DNA of 64,000 nt, taken from NCBI GenBank assembly GCA_965208575.1, contig CBDBOV010000002.1:288001-352000 (forward strand), given 5' to 3'. Numbering within the stretch: the first letter of the stretch is position 1; every line of letters starts with the position of its first letter. Of the stretch, positions 50,277-59,857 are shown one piece after another. The notes under the pieces are model-generated. The model saw only the letters and a list, made by a program, of their open reading frames with translations, ran no database searches and was not told the DNA's origin. The stretch comes from Spirochaetia bacterium (GTDB taxonomy: Bacteria > Spirochaetota > Spirochaetia > SZUA-6 > Bin103). A program made the translations under genes and the position numbers.

Positions 50277-50918
50277 TCATCCGTTCTGCAGGCGGCGCAG
50301 GGGGGTGGGGAAGCCGCGCGCGGAGAGTTCACCGGCGATGCGGTCGGCGTCGGCGGCGTTCAGGTTGCGGATCACCACGCGGGTGACGCCGGGCCCGGAT
50401 GTCAGTTCCGCGCGGTAGCCGGCCGCGCGCAGCCGGTCGAGCAGGGTGTTCGCGTTGGCGCGGTCTTCGAACGAGGCGACCTGCAGGAAGTAGGTGCCGG
50501 CCTGTGCGTCGCCGCCGCCGATCACCTCAATGCGCACCGGAGCGGTGCCGGTACGGTCCAGGCCGAGGTCGCGCGCGGCGGCCAGCGACAGGTCGATGAT
50601 GCGGCCATGCACGAACGGTCCGCGGTCGTTGATGCGCACCACGGTGGAGGCGCGGGTGCCGAGGTGGGTGACGCGCACCATGGTGCCGAACGGCAATTCG
50701 CGGTGTGCCGCGGTGTGCGCCCACATGTCGTACGGCTCGCCGCTGGCGGTAGGCTTGCCGTGGAAGTCCTGGCCGTACCAGGACGCCTCGCCGGTCTGTG
50801 TCGAGCCGGCCGGGGCGCGGGTCATCTCGCGCCCGGTGGCGCAGCCGGCGAAGCCGAGCACCCCCGCCAGGGAGAGGAGCAGAGGCGCACGGATTGAGGA
50901 TGACAGTCGGCGCAGCAT
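50277..50918 (-). CDS. rlpA: Septal ring lytic transglycosylase RlpA lipoprotein (DPBB + SPOR)
   Basis: Lipobox FAGC, GEASWYG, TAAHRELPFGT, RINDRGPF, IIDLS, LQVASF. Confidence 0.93.
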   Translation of the reverse strand: MLRRLSSSIRAPLLLSLAGVLGFAGCATGREMTRAPAGSTQTGEASWYGQDFHGKPTASGEPYDMWAHTAAHRELPFGTMVRVTHLGTRASTVVRINDRGPFVHGRIIDLSLAAARDLGLDRTGTAPVRIEVIGGGDAQAGTYFLQVASFEDRANANTLLDRLRAAGYRAELTSGPGVTRVVIRNLNAADADRIAGELSARGFPTPLRRLQNG

Positions 50919-50982
50919 GTTCGCGTGGCGCCACGCCCCGACATTGCCGGGCGAGTGACGCTTTTCCTATACTCGGCGGGAG

Positions 50983-52659
50983 ATGGCCGCGACTGAACCC
51001 TCCCCCGCCGGCGCCCGCACCGGGGCACCCTCCAACCACTGGGCGGACCAGGCCGCGGAGCGCATCATCCGCGGGCGCGGCGACCGCACCCGCTACGTGG
51101 TCGCCTCCGGCGTGGCTCCGTCCGGCTCGGTGCACTTCGGGCACCTGCGCGAGGTGATGTCGACCGAGCTGGTGGCGCGCGCGCTGCGCGACCGCGGCAA
51201 GCAGGTGCGCTTCATCTACTCGTGGGACGACTACGACGTGTTCCGCAAGGTGCCGGTCAACCTGCCGCGCCAGGATGAGCTGGCGCGCCACCTGCGCAAG
51301 CCGGTGGTGGACGTGCCCGACCCGTTCCACGCCGCCGACAACTTCGCCGCCGGCTTCGAGCGCAGCCTGGAGCAGGTGCTGCCGCGGCTCGGCATAACGC
51401 CGGAGTACCTCTACCAGGCGCAGCGCTACCGGGACTGCCGCTACGCCGACGGCGTGCGTGCCGCGCTGGCCGCGCGGGCGAAGATCCGCGACATCCTGAA
51501 CCGCCATCGCGAGCGCCCGCTGGGCGACCACTACTGGCCGATCACCATCTACTCGGAGCGGGACGGTACCGACCGCACCACGGTGCTGGATTGGGACGGC
51601 GCCGACACCGTGACCTACCGCGACGTGGACGGAACCGAGAAGCGGTTGAACCTGACCCGCTCCGGCGCCGCCAAGCTGCTGTGGCGGGTCGACTGGCCGA
51701 TGCGCTGGGCGTTCGAGCAGGTGGACTTCGAGCCGGCGGGCAAGGACCACCTGACCGCCGGCGGGTCGTTCGACACCGGCGGCCCGATCGCCCGCGAGGT
51801 GTACGGCCGCGAGCCGCCGGTAACCTTCCTGTACGGCGACGTGGGCGTGAAGGGGGGCGCCGGGCGCATCTCCTCCTCCGCCGGCAACGCGGTCACCATC
51901 GAGCAGGTGCTGGCCGTGTACCAGCCGGAGGTGGTGCGCTACCTGTACGCGGGCACGCGGCCGAGCGCCGAGTTCGTGATCTCTTTCGATCTGGACGTCC
52001 TGAAGGTGTACGAGGACTACGATCAGGCCGAGCGGATCTACTACGGGACCGCGGAGGTGGGCGCCAGGCGGCGCGCGCGGGTGGGCCGCGTGTATGAGCT
52101 TTCGCAGGTCGCGGCGCCGGCGCCGTCCATGCCGCCACAGGTGCCGTTCCGCCACTTGTGCAACCTGATCCAGGTGCGCGACGGCGACGTGGCCGCGACC
52201 GTGGCCGCATTGGCGGAGGAGCTTGGATTGACCGGAGACGAGCATGGCGACGCCCGCCGCCGCCTGCAGACGCGCGCGCGCGGGGCGGCCACCTGGCTCG
52301 CCGAGTACGCACCGCCGGCGATGCGGTTCCGGTTGCGGCGGCCGGATCAGCCGGCGCCGGAGGTGGCCCCGGCCGAGGGGCGGGCGCTCGGCGCCCTGTA
52401 CGGGGAGCTGGAACACCTGGAGCGCCACGACGGCGCCTCCCTGGCGGGCCGCGTCTACGCCATCGCCGAGCAGGAGGGGCTGGCGGCGCGCGCCCTGTTC
52501 AAGGCCGCCTACCGGGTGCTGCTCGACGCCGACCGCGGGCCGCGGCTGGCCGATTTCATCCTGCTCAGCGGGCGCGAGCGCATCGCGCCGCTGCTCGCGC
52601 CCTACGCCGGGCGCGCCGCGGCGGGCACCGTCGGCGGCGTGGCGGGTGCGGCGAGGTAA
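50983..52659 (+). CDS. lysS: Lysine--tRNA ligase, class I
   Basis: HWAD, SGVAPSGSVHFGH, DDYD, KLLWRVDWPMRW, EPAGKDH, ISSSAG, GPRLA. Confidence 0.93.
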   Translation: MAATEPSPAGARTGAPSNHWADQAAERIIRGRGDRTRYVVASGVAPSGSVHFGHLREVMSTELVARALRDRGKQVRFIYSWDDYDVFRKVPVNLPRQDELARHLRKPVVDVPDPFHAADNFAAGFERSLEQVLPRLGITPEYLYQAQRYRDCRYADGVRAALAARAKIRDILNRHRERPLGDHYWPITIYSERDGTDRTTVLDWDGADTVTYRDVDGTEKRLNLTRSGAAKLLWRVDWPMRWAFEQVDFEPAGKDHLTAGGSFDTGGPIAREVYGREPPVTFLYGDVGVKGGAGRISSSAGNAVTIEQVLAVYQPEVVRYLYAGTRPSAEFVISFDLDVLKVYEDYDQAERIYYGTAEVGARRRARVGRVYELSQVAAPAPSMPPQVPFRHLCNLIQVRDGDVAATVAALAEELGLTGDEHGDARRRLQTRARGAATWLAEYAPPAMRFRLRRPDQPAPEVAPAEGRALGALYGELEHLERHDGASLAGRVYAIAEQEGLAARALFKAAYRVLLDADRGPRLADFILLSGRERIAPLLAPYAGRAAAGTVGGVAGAAR

Positions 52660-52897
52660 GCTGTAGCTTGAACCGATGGCGCGCCTGACAGAGGCGCGGG
52701 CGATCCGCGGCGTTGATCCGGTATCGCGCAGCCGAGGCGTGCTCGGTGGGTGTTCGTCGGCGCTTTGCGGCGGTGGCATCGAACTGGCGCATCGGGCGCC
52801 GCCGGCGGACTGGGTACGGTGCGATATGCACTTGCCCAGGCCCCAAGAAGGACATGCAAAGGTTGACGGGTAGGTCCGCGCGTGGCACATTCGGCAC

Positions 52898-53620
52898 ATG
52901 ACGGACCGGGAACGGGACGCGCTGCTGCTGGAGCTACGGGAAGAACAGAGGGCCATGGGGCAGCGCATGGCCACCAAGGACGACCTTGCCGCCATGGAGC
53001 AGCGCATGGCCACGAAGGACGACCTTGCCGCCGTGGAGCAGCGCATGGCCACGAAGGACGACCTTGCCGCCATGGAGCAGCGCATGGCCACGAAGGACGA
53101 CCTTGCCGCCGTGGAGCAGCGCATGGCCACGAAGGACGACCTTGCCGCCGTGGAGCAGCGCATGGCCACGAAGGACGACCTTGCCGCCATGGAGCAGCGC
53201 ATGGCCACGAAGGACGACCTTGCCGCCATGGAGCAGCGCATGGCCACGAAGGACGACCTTGCCGCCATGGAGCAGCGCATGGCCACGAAGGACGACCTTG
53301 CCGCCATGGAGCAGCGCATGGCCACGAAGGACGACCTTGCCGCCATGGAGCAGCGCATGGCCACGAAGGACGACCTTGCCGCCATGGAGCAGCGCATGGC
53401 CACGAAGGACGACCTTGCCGCCGTGGAACAGCGCATGGCCACGAAGGACGACCTTGCCGCCGTGGAACAGCGTATGGCCACGAAGGACGACCTTGCCGCC
53501 ATGGAGCAACGCATAGAAGTGAGCGTGGCAGAGATGGTACGCGAAGGTGCTGACAGAATCCTCGCAGCAGTCACCGAATTGGCCGAGACGAAGGCCGACA
53601 AGGAGCATGTCCATGTCTGA
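52898..53620 (+). CDS. Coiled-coil tandem-repeat protein (14 x MATKDDLAA[M/V]EQR)
   Basis: Unique N- and C-terminal helices flank 14 in-frame 13-aa repeats. Confidence 0.75.
   Translation: MTDRERDALLLELREEQRAMGQRMATKDDLAAMEQRMATKDDLAAVEQRMATKDDLAAMEQRMATKDDLAAVEQRMATKDDLAAVEQRMATKDDLAAMEQRMATKDDLAAMEQRMATKDDLAAMEQRMATKDDLAAMEQRMATKDDLAAMEQRMATKDDLAAMEQRMATKDDLAAVEQRMATKDDLAAVEQRMATKDDLAAMEQRIEVSVAEMVREGADRILAAVTELAETKADKEHVHV
52967..53512 (+). repeat. VNTR, 14 x 39 bp
   Basis: ATGGCCACGAAGGACGACCTTGCCGCC[A/G]TGGAGCAGCGC, no spacers. Confidence 0.97.
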
Positions 53621-53709
53621 TCGTCGGCCGACCTTGAGCAGGTTCGGGAATGGATAGACGACTTCAAGAAGCTGGTGGAGCGTGATTCCTAAACGGTATC
53701 AGTGATGTA

Positions 53710-54432
53710 ATGGACCGGGGAGCAGGCGCTTCCGATCCGAAGGCCGCGGCGGGCCGCGCGGCCGCCGCGTTGGTCGAGTCCGGGATGCGGGTGGGGCTTG
53801 GCACCGGCTCCACCGCCGTGCACGTGGTGCGGGCGGTCGCGGAGGCGGTGCGCGGCGGGGCCTTGCGCGACCTCGCCCTGGTGCCGACCAGCAGCCAGAT
53901 CCAGGCGGTGTGCTGGGAGTTGGGCCTGGACCTGCTCACGCTGAGCGACCCGGCGGTGGGCGGGGCGCTCGACCTGGCCATCGACGGCGCCGACGAGGTG
54001 GACCCGGCGTGGAACCTGACCAAGGGCGGCGGCGGCGCGTTGCTCAACGAGAAGGTGGTGGCGCAGGCGAGCAGCCGCTACGTGATCGTGGTGGACGAGT
54101 CGAAGCTGGTGGCGCGTCTCGGCGAGCGCGTCGCGTTGCCGGTCGAGGTGGTGCCGTTTGCCCTGGCCCCTGTACGCGCCGCCCTGGAGCGCCGCGGCTA
54201 CCGTCCCGCCGTGCGCATGGCGGAGCGCAAGCAGGGCCCGGTGGTCACCGACAACGGCAACCTGCTGATCGACGCCTGGCCGCCGGCGGACCTGGATCCG
54301 GTACGCGCCGAGCGCGAGCTGGCGGCGATCCCCGGAGTCGTGGAGAACGGCCTGTTCACCGCCTGCGTCACCGACCTGATGGTCGGCGGCGAGTGCGGCG
54401 TCCGCCACGAGCGCCGACCCTTGCCGCGGTAG
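53710..54432 (+). CDS. rpiA: Ribose-5-phosphate isomerase A
   Basis: GLGTGST, DGADEVD, KGGGGALL.EK, TDNGN, IPGVVENGLF. Confidence 0.95.
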   Translation: MDRGAGASDPKAAAGRAAAALVESGMRVGLGTGSTAVHVVRAVAEAVRGGALRDLALVPTSSQIQAVCWELGLDLLTLSDPAVGGALDLAIDGADEVDPAWNLTKGGGGALLNEKVVAQASSRYVIVVDESKLVARLGERVALPVEVVPFALAPVRAALERRGYRPAVRMAERKQGPVVTDNGNLLIDAWPPADLDPVRAERELAAIPGVVENGLFTACVTDLMVGGECGVRHERRPLPR

Positions 54433-54605
54433 GTTCTCGGATTCACCTGGAGTGAGGTTCGATTCGCGTCATGGCAGCGGCGCCGGCGCCTGCCGTGTCC
54501 GCATGCTGTGACTGCCGCCCGCCGGCGCAGTACTTTGAAAAGGGAATTATATACAATAGTGCCAGAGGCTTGACAAGCCTCTGAGTCCATGGCACTATTG
54601 TAGGC

Positions 54606-55598
54606 ATGCCGAGTGAATGTACCACCGGACCTGGCAAGGCTTTCCGCCACGGCCTGAGCCTGCCCGAACTGTTCCAGGAGTTCCCTGATGACGCCGCCGC
54701 CGAGGCGTGGTTCGTCCGGCAGCGCTGGGAGGGCGGCAAGCCCGTCTGCCCAGCCTGCGGGCACCGCGACGTGCAGACCGGAGCAGCCCACAAGTCGATG
54801 CCGTTCCGCTGCCGACACCGCGAGTGCCGGAAGCGTTTCAGCGTGAAGACCGGCACCGCCATGCAGTCCAGCAACTTGGGCTACCAGACCTGGGCCATCG
54901 CCCTCTACCTCGTCATCACTTCGATCAAGGGGGTCTCGTCCATGCGGCTGCGCCGCGACCTGAAGCTTACGCAGAAGTCAGCGTGGCACTTGGCGCACCG
55001 GATACGCATGGCGTGGGGCGAAGATATGTCGCAGATGTTCGACGGGCCGGCAGAGGTGGACGAGGCGTACTTCGGCGGGAAGGAGCGCAACAAACACGCC
55101 GACAAGAAGCTCAACGGCGGGCGCGGCACGGTCGGCAAGGTGGCTGTCGCCGGCGTTAGGGACCGCGAGACGAACCGGATCAGTGCCGCTGTCGTGGACA
55201 CCACTCAGAAGCGGGAGCTGCACGGGTTCATCGCGGCCCGCGTCGAGCTGGGCGCCACCCTCTACACCGACGAGATGGGCAGTTACCGCGGGCTCCCCAA
55301 CCACGAGACCGTCAACCACGGCGTCGGCCAGTACGTCTCCCGGCAGGCGCACATCAACGGCATGGAGAGCTTCTGGGCCATGATGAAGCGTGGCTACTAC
55401 GGCATCTACCACCGCATGAGCCCGAAGCACCTGGATCGCTACGTCGACGAGTTCAGCGGCCGGCACAACATCCGGTGCCATGACACGCTGGACCAGATGG
55501 CGGCCGTCGCGCGCGGGCTGCTCGGGAAGATGCTGCGCTACCGGGACCTCATCAAGCCCAACGGGCGCCCGTCAGGAGCCCGCGAGATCGCTCGGTGA
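54606..55598 (+). CDS. IS1595-family DDE transposase
   Basis: Zinc ribbon CPAC..C.HREC, KGVSS HTH, EVDEAYFGG, LYTDE, VNH, HINGMESFW. Confidence 0.95.
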   Translation: MPSECTTGPGKAFRHGLSLPELFQEFPDDAAAEAWFVRQRWEGGKPVCPACGHRDVQTGAAHKSMPFRCRHRECRKRFSVKTGTAMQSSNLGYQTWAIALYLVITSIKGVSSMRLRRDLKLTQKSAWHLAHRIRMAWGEDMSQMFDGPAEVDEAYFGGKERNKHADKKLNGGRGTVGKVAVAGVRDRETNRISAAVVDTTQKRELHGFIAARVELGATLYTDEMGSYRGLPNHETVNHGVGQYVSRQAHINGMESFWAMMKRGYYGIYHRMSPKHLDRYVDEFSGRHNIRCHDTLDQMAAVARGLLGKMLRYRDLIKPNGRPSGAREIAR

Positions 55599-55599
55599 T

Positions 55600-55911
55600 C
55601 TAACTTGTCGCCAAATCCACCTTGGTTTGCAGGTGAGATGGAAGCTGGGCTTTAAGGGTATCTACTACCCACTTCATCTTGATAGCCAATTCAAACTTGG
55701 CGCTGGCTATTACTTCATCAGTATTCAAGGGTCTCTCGGCCACGTCGTGAGTTTCATCCACCACCAGATCTGTGATCTTTCGTTCAACGCCGTCCTCGTC
55801 TACAGCATTCAGGGAAAACGTAACCTGAGCCCTGGTAGGATCGGACACATCCAGGTTAATGAAGCGAACGCTCATCTTCCGATCTTCCATTCGGATTGCT
55901 CCCATGTACAA
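55600..55911 (-). CDS. IS passenger hypothetical protein
   Basis: AAGGAG RBS; protein-like 103 aa; convergent with the transposase. Confidence 0.6.
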   Translation of the reverse strand: MYMGAIRMEDRKMSVRFINLDVSDPTRAQVTFSLNAVDEDGVERKITDLVVDETHDVAERPLNTDEVIASAKFELAIKMKWVVDTLKAQLPSHLQTKVDLATS

Positions 55912-56037
55912 AACTCCTTCGCCGCTTGACGTAGGAGCGAGGTCGTACTAACCTCGTGGTGCTTGTGGGAGGTCAACCAACGAAGCACCCGGAGGCAGTA
56001 GCTTCCACCCCTCCGCGTCAGCGGCAGGCGATATGTG

Positions 56038-56062
56038 AAGCGCCCCCGCACAGGGGGCGCTT
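56038..56062. terminator. GC hairpin after the protease gene (possible terminator or stabiliser)
   Basis: AAGCGCCCCC-GCACA-GGGGGCGCTT; no clear U tract. Confidence 0.4.
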
Positions 56063-56067
56063 GCATG

Positions 56068-56991
56068 TTACTCTACCGGTGCAGCCGTCGCCACCCGGAG
56101 CAGCGCACCTCTCTCGGTCGTCTCGAACATCTCGATCATGGTCCACACCTCGTCGACGCGGACGCCGAAGTTGAGGTTTCCTGACGCATCGGGAATAGGT
56201 CGGCCCGTGCCGGGGTCGATGGTCTTCACGATGCTTCCGAAATTGACCGCTACGACGAATCCCCAGCGGTCGATGATCGGACTTCCGCTGGTTCCACCAG
56301 TGGTGTTGAGATTGTGCTGAATGATCCTGGTGTTCGTTGCGGTCGGCGTCGCCGATCCGTACGGCCGCAACGCGCTGATCGTGCCCTGCTTGTATGACGC
56401 GATCGGAGCAGACCGGTAAAGCTGATTGAGTTCTCCAGGAAATCCCATCGTGGCTATCTGCTCGGCAACCTGAAGAAGGGTAACGTCTTCCTCGGGCATA
56501 AGCTCCAGGAGCACGGGCAATTCCCCGTCGATGATGATCGACGCCAGGTCCGGTGAGAAGAAGTCTCCATATTCCGGGTGGACTTCGTACTCGATCAGAC
56601 GGTACGTACCCGCGCCACCGACCGGAGTTCCTGAACGAACAGCGATTGGAGTCGGATTCAGGTGCGCTATCGCGGGCAACAGGTCACGCAACCCGACAGC
56701 AACATGGGCATTCGTCCAGAGCGCATTGTCGTAGTAGGCGGCAAACCCGGTGCCGATGAAGTAGCCACCGCCATCGGGGAAGGAGAACCCCAACGCGTAG
56801 ACGGCCTCGGCGACACGATAATCGCTGATGATCTCGGGCCAAGTGAGAGGCTGCGACGGCGGGTCCGGCTGGGCGGGCTCGGGTGCCACCGGGGCAGCCG
56901 GCGCCTTTCCGGGGCCGCTGCTGCAGGCAGCGAGGGTGAGGGCGATGACCAGCCCGAAGAGGGCGGTCCTGATGAACGCGCGGTGCGTCAT
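56068..56991 (-). CDS. Trypsin-like serine protease lipoprotein (IS passenger)
   Basis: Lipobox LAAC, GTGF, TNAHV, PDLA, MGFPG, GGTSGSPI. Confidence 0.9.
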   Translation of the reverse strand: MTHRAFIRTALFGLVIALTLAACSSGPGKAPAAPVAPEPAQPDPPSQPLTWPEIISDYRVAEAVYALGFSFPDGGGYFIGTGFAAYYDNALWTNAHVAVGLRDLLPAIAHLNPTPIAVRSGTPVGGAGTYRLIEYEVHPEYGDFFSPDLASIIIDGELPVLLELMPEEDVTLLQVAEQIATMGFPGELNQLYRSAPIASYKQGTISALRPYGSATPTATNTRIIQHNLNTTGGTSGSPIIDRWGFVVAVNFGSIVKTIDPGTGRPIPDASGNLNFGVRVDEVWTMIEMFETTERGALLRVATAAPVE

Positions 56992-57250
56992 GTAGAACTC
57001 CTGTCGCCCGGGCCAGAAGGCGCCGGGCCGTTTCAGAACTCGACCACCGCGTGCTCAGCACAGAGGTAGGTTGGTGTCCTGGTCTGTTCACCCCTGGGCC
57101 GGGTAGCTACTCCCTGCCCGTGGTGGGGCTGTTGTATTCGACCAGCGACCCGGCATGAGCCGAGACGCGATGGGTCGAGTTCCGTTGGGGCATCATTGTA
57201 TGGACATGGTGCGAAGGGTCAAGCGATACTGCGACGAAGGAGCAGGAAGG

Positions 57251-57457
57251 ATGAGAGAGCAGAAGAAACGGGTGGTCGAGGTGCCGGCGCACGACTACGA
57301 GCCGACGAAGGCGGAGATGGAGGAGGAGGTCACGGTGGGGGATGAGACCACGACGTTCGAGGAGGCGGTGCAGCACTTCCTGCGGACGCCGGTGGAGGTG
57401 CGGGAGGTCAGCGCTGATGAGTGGCGGAGGAGGCGTAAGCGGAACGCTGGTGGGTGA
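57251..57457 (+). CDS. IS passenger small hypothetical protein
   Basis: GGAAGG RBS; HDYEPTKAEMEEEV..TFEEAVQHFLR. Confidence 0.55.
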   Translation: MREQKKRVVEVPAHDYEPTKAEMEEEVTVGDETTTFEEAVQHFLRTPVEVREVSADEWRRRRKRNAGG

Positions 57458-57737
57458 ATCGGACGGAGACCTTACTCCCCAGGAGATCGAGGAGGCTCTT
57501 GAGATTTTCCTCGGGGCTCTGGCTGCGGCGTTGAGAAGGGGCAGTCGGCATGGGGGCAATATGGTTCTTCAGATACTGGAGGAAGAACTATTCCCTCGCG
57601 GTGCCAGCGAGCCAAGATATCCTCGAAAACACGCTGCGCTCCTCTCTCGATTTTATCGAGGTCTAAGGTCACGGTATTTTTCATCGGCGCCCTGGCCGCG
57701 TCATCGGCCCGGCTCTGAGATGCCATGGAGCGAGTAA
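57450..57737 (+). CDS. IS passenger small hypothetical protein
   Basis: GTG overlapping the previous stop; helical DLTPQEIEEALEIFL; start uncertain. Confidence 0.4.
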   Translation: MGESDGDLTPQEIEEALEIFLGALAAALRRGSRHGGNMVLQILEEELFPRGASEPRYPRKHAALLSRFYRGLRSRYFSSAPWPRHRPGSEMPWSE

Positions 57738-58031
57738 GCCACGGCCGGGTGCCATCGGTCAAACAGGCGCTATGGCACTATTGTATATAATTCCCTTTGA
57801 AAAAATGGAGCAGCGGGTTCGGATCGCTGAGCAGAAGCGTTCAGGGGTGAGCTGCAAGAGCCGCTCGGCTCGGGGTCAGACCGGCAAGACCGAGCCAGCG
57901 GGTGCGAACGCGTCGCGCCGGAGGTGTCAGGCGACAGGCGCCCGTTCCGGCGCGGCGCAATCCGGGCGCTACGGGGGAGTAGCGTGCCTGCGCCGAAGAC
58001 TGGACGGTGTGCGGTGTTGGCCGACTCGCCG

Positions 58032-59153
58032 ATGAGCGGCGCGCGACGGCGCGTGGCGGTGCTGCTGTCCGGGGGCGTGGACAGCGCGCTCGCCCTGGCG
58101 CTGCTGCGCGAGGCGGGCCACGAGTTGACAGCCTTCTACCTGAAGATCTGGCTGGAGGAGGAGCTGGCGTTCCTCGGTGATTGCCCGTGGGAGGAGGACA
58201 TGGCGTACGCCACCGCCGTGTGCCGCCAGCTCGAGGTGCCGCTGGAGGTGGTGCCGCTGCAGGATGAGTACCGCCGGGCGGTGGTCGAGTACGCCCTCGC
58301 CGCGCTGCGCGCCGGCTACACGCCGAGCCCCGACGTGCTGTGCAACCGCGCCATCAAGTTCGGCGCGTTCGGCGACCGGCTGGCGGCGGACTACGACGTC
58401 GTGGCCAGCGGCCACTACGCGCGGCTGCGGCGGCGGGAGGACGGCCGCTGCCAGCTCCTGCGCGGCGTGGACCCGGTCAAGGACCAGAGCTATTTCCTCG
58501 CCTACCTGCGGCCAGATCAACTCAGCCGGCTGTGCTTTCCGATCGGCGGCCTGCACAAGCATGAGGTCCGCGCCCTGGCGAGGGAGCAAGCGCTGGCGCC
58601 CGCGGCTCGGCGCGACAGCCAGGGCATCTGCTTTCTCGGCAAGCTGACCTACCGCGACTTCGTGCGCGCCCACCTCGGCGAGCAGCCGGGCCCGATCCGG
58701 GAGGCCGGCAGCGGCGCCGCACTCGGCAGCCACCGCGGCCACTGGTTCCACACCATCGGCCAGCGGCAGGGTCTGGGTCTGGGCACCGGCCCCTGGTACG
58801 TGGTGGCCAAGGACGTGGCCGCCAACACGGTATACGTCGCCCACGACCCCGCGGCCGCCGCGCCGCGCGCCGTGTCGTTGGTGGACGGCAACTGGATCGA
58901 GCCGCTGCCCGATACCGCATCGGGCGATCAACCCGTGCTGGTACGCATCCGTCACGGCGACACGCCGCGCCCTGCCACACTCGCCAGCGCCCCTACCGCG
59001 AATGGCGCCGGCGCTCCCAGGCTGCGTTTCGACGCCCCGGTCCCCGGCCTCGCCAGCGGCCAGTTCGCGGTGTTGTACAGCGGCTCCGAGCCGGCTCTCT
59101 GCTACGGCTCAGCCGTGATGCAGCGTCCGTACTGCGCGGGTACCGGGTTTTGA
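58032..59153 (+). CDS. mnmA: tRNA 2-thiouridine(34) synthase
   Basis: SGGVDS, PSPDVLCNRAIKF, SGHYA, KDQSYFL, DSQGICF, TIGQRQGL. Confidence 0.95.
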   Translation: MSGARRRVAVLLSGGVDSALALALLREAGHELTAFYLKIWLEEELAFLGDCPWEEDMAYATAVCRQLEVPLEVVPLQDEYRRAVVEYALAALRAGYTPSPDVLCNRAIKFGAFGDRLAADYDVVASGHYARLRRREDGRCQLLRGVDPVKDQSYFLAYLRPDQLSRLCFPIGGLHKHEVRALAREQALAPAARRDSQGICFLGKLTYRDFVRAHLGEQPGPIREAGSGAALGSHRGHWFHTIGQRQGLGLGTGPWYVVAKDVAANTVYVAHDPAAAAPRAVSLVDGNWIEPLPDTASGDQPVLVRIRHGDTPRPATLASAPTANGAGAPRLRFDAPVPGLASGQFAVLYSGSEPALCYGSAVMQRPYCAGTGF

Positions 59154-59386
59154 CGCCGGCGCCATCACACCGCTCCCTCGACGACCGCGGCCAGCCATGC
59201 GTTGAGGCTCTTTCCGGCAGCCTTGGCTGCCGCGGTCGCGGCTCGGTCATCGCGGTTCCACCCCGGCTTCCCTGAGAAATCCCCACATCGAGTCGGCCAC
59301 GGCCTGCCTTGCGACCCGCCGCGGGCGTGGGGTGTGCGCGTGCGTGTTGACCGATGCTCCGGCTGTGATTAGCTTAGTGGTCCTGT

Positions 59387-59411
59387 AATCCTGACTAATT
59401 CGATCAGAATT
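59387..59411. promoter_or_regulatory. Putative Rrf2 (CymR/IscR-like) operator
   Basis: Imperfect inverted repeat AATCCTGA-N9-TCAGAATT upstream of the Rrf2 gene. Confidence 0.55.
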
Positions 59412-59443
59412 GACGAGAATGGGCGGGGAGGCGAATCGGGGAG

Positions 59444-59857
59444 ATGTTGTCGCTTTCGGCGAAGGCGCGCTATGGGCTGCAGGCGGCGTACGACCTGGCG
59501 CTGCATGCCGGTAATGGGCCGCGGCAGGCGCGCGAGGTGGCGGCCGAGCAGGGCATTCCGCAGCACTTCCTGGAGCAGGTGCTGGTGCAGCTCAAGCGCG
59601 CCCTGCTGGTACGCAGCTATCGCGGCAGCCACGGCGGCTACGTGCTGGCGCGCGACCCGCAGGAGATTTCGGTGCTGGAGGTGCTGACCAGTCTGGACGG
59701 ACCGCTGGAGCTGGACGGGGGGCCGTGGAGCGACGCCGTGCTGGCGGTGCCGTTGCGGCGCGCCGCGGCCGGGGTGACTCGGGCACTGGAGGTGAGCCTG
59801 GCCGACCTGGTGTGGGACAAGCAGCGTTCCGGGCCGCGCCTGACCTATCAGATATGA
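59444..59857 (+). CDS. Rrf2-family regulator (CymR-like, no Fe-S cysteines)
   Basis: SAKARYGL, FLEQVL..LK, SYRGSHGGY.LAR. Confidence 0.9.
   Translation: MLSLSAKARYGLQAAYDLALHAGNGPRQAREVAAEQGIPQHFLEQVLVQLKRALLVRSYRGSHGGYVLARDPQEISVLEVLTSLDGPLELDGGPWSDAVLAVPLRRAAAGVTRALEVSLADLVWDKQRSGPRLTYQI

Larger units (their letters stand above)
54542..57795 (+). mobile_element. IS1595-family element with passenger genes (3254 bp)
   Basis: Perfect 23-bp terminal inverted repeats GGGAATTATATACAATAGTGCCA (54542-54564 / 57773-57795) and an 8-bp target duplication TTTGAAAA (54534-54541 / 57796-57803). Confidence 0.95.

Noticed and set aside
52967-53512. 39-bp repeat as a CRISPR array
   Set aside because: Units are contiguous with no spacers, are in frame in an ORF, and no cas genes are present.
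50527-53667. 1046-aa minus-strand ORF and other-frame repeat ORFs
   Set aside because: Shadows of lysS and the stop-free VNTR in high-GC DNA.
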